From Octopus vulgaris (lineage: Eukaryota), in the NCBI GenBank assembly GCA_951406725.2, contig OX597822.1, forward strand, positions 69,688,001 through 69,752,000: a stretch of 64,000 nucleotides of DNA, in the 5' to 3' direction. The position numbers were made by a program, and so were the translations under genes. Each line of letters begins with the position of its first letter. The stretch's first letter is position 1. This document shows positions 1 to 64,000 of this stretch, in pieces. The notes beneath the pieces are model-generated. The model saw nothing but the letters and a program-made list of their open reading frames with translations, was not told the DNA's origin and ran no database searches.

Positions 1-97
1 AAGGAGAAATCGGTGTATCGTGACATTCATGCCATTCCCAAAGCCATTACAAGGCAATAGAGAATTGACAGTGTATCAATTAAAGATCGAAGCCAAT

Positions 98-111
98 TAA
101 TAATAATAATA

Positions 112-155
<44 letters not shown>
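98..155. repeat. (AAT)n microsatellite just 3' of the TPP2 stop
   Basis: Direct reading. Confidence 0.95.
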
Positions 156-166
156 CATCCCTGCTG

Positions 167-172
167 TTTATT
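167..172 (-). promoter_or_regulatory. Candidate polyadenylation signal AATAAA of TPP2
   Basis: Plus-strand TTTATT reads AATAAA on minus, about 77 nt after the stop, followed by a U-rich (AUU)n tract. Confidence 0.55.
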
Positions 173-248
173 TGACCATCCATGTAATGCAGAATATGGG
201 GAAAGGGGGGAACTTAGAGTTATTAGCAAAATGTCTGGGTAATTAAAT

Positions 249-63273
<63,025 letters not shown>

Positions 63274-64000
63274 CTGGATTAAAGAAAACAGTAGTATGTT
63301 GAAAAGTCTAACAGTTAGTTACATATAAAATGTATCAGTTATAAACTGAAAAACAGAATCTCCTGAAATTACTGGCCTCGTGACAATATTGGAAATAATA
63401 TATTTTCTGCAATAAACATGACATTTTTACATCTTATTGACAAACGTGAGATGTTAAATTTCTGAGATGTCAACTGGCTGTGTTCCAAAAAAGGAGCTTG
63501 TAAGTCAGTCAGGAGCAGCCTGCATCCAGTGGAACTTTCTGAATGGCATGCCTAAAGGAAAAATTACTTGAATTTTTATAGTAATGTAGCCCACCTGATG
63601 AGGAGCCATGTCTCATGCAGCCCACTTTTTGACAAAGATTGCCCATGCCTGGCCCTAAGCAGTCAATCAACCTACTAGGAATAGCAATCAAATTCTCTCA
63701 GATCACATGCACCCAGTGTCTTAAAAGAAAAAAAATACACTCCTAGTTATCATAAAAGGTAGGAACACCTTTGGCCATATGTGTATTTGATCAGGACTAA
63801 CCTGGGGCTAAGTAAAATCAATTGGACATATCTGTGAAATCTTAACTCATCCCACCAAATGTATTAAAACTCAAGTCTTTTAGATATCAATTCTCAACAT
63901 ATCATCTTCACTGTTTTAACACCTATTTTTACACATGTATAGATCAGATGAAACTCAATTCGGGCAGATTTTCTACAACCAGATACTCTTCTTGCTGCCA

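Overview
AT-rich, repeat-dense animal genomic DNA. The repeat families and microsatellite load suggest a coleoid cephalopod, probably Octopus (inference). The whole window lies inside one minus-strand gene, tripeptidyl-peptidase II (TPP2). I reconstructed 24 GT-AG coding exons by hand, from 63273 down to the TGA at 249-251 (3080 nt, about 1025 aa). All splice phases are consistent, and the catalytic His (HGTH), oxyanion Asn (SAGNNG) and Ser (NGTSMSSP) motifs are present. The N-terminal exons lie beyond 64000. The introns contain a young, 5'-truncated RTE-clade LINE with a 650-aa RT ORF, set in kilobases of TA/TACA microsatellite. They also hold many 3' fragments of a second RTE-like LINE with (GAT)n tails, at least three tRNA-type SINE families, a CR1-like 3' end, piggyBac-, hAT- and Tigger-like MITEs, and tandem arrays. 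The best second-look items are a twin-priming-style 5' inversion on the RTE LINE, a 5S rRNA pseudogene fused between two SINEs, a degenerate minimal hammerhead ribozyme on the TPP2 sense strand, and several intronic fold-backs that could be ADAR substrates. I found no evidence of a new multi-gene system. Nearly all other ORFs in the track are repeat artefacts.
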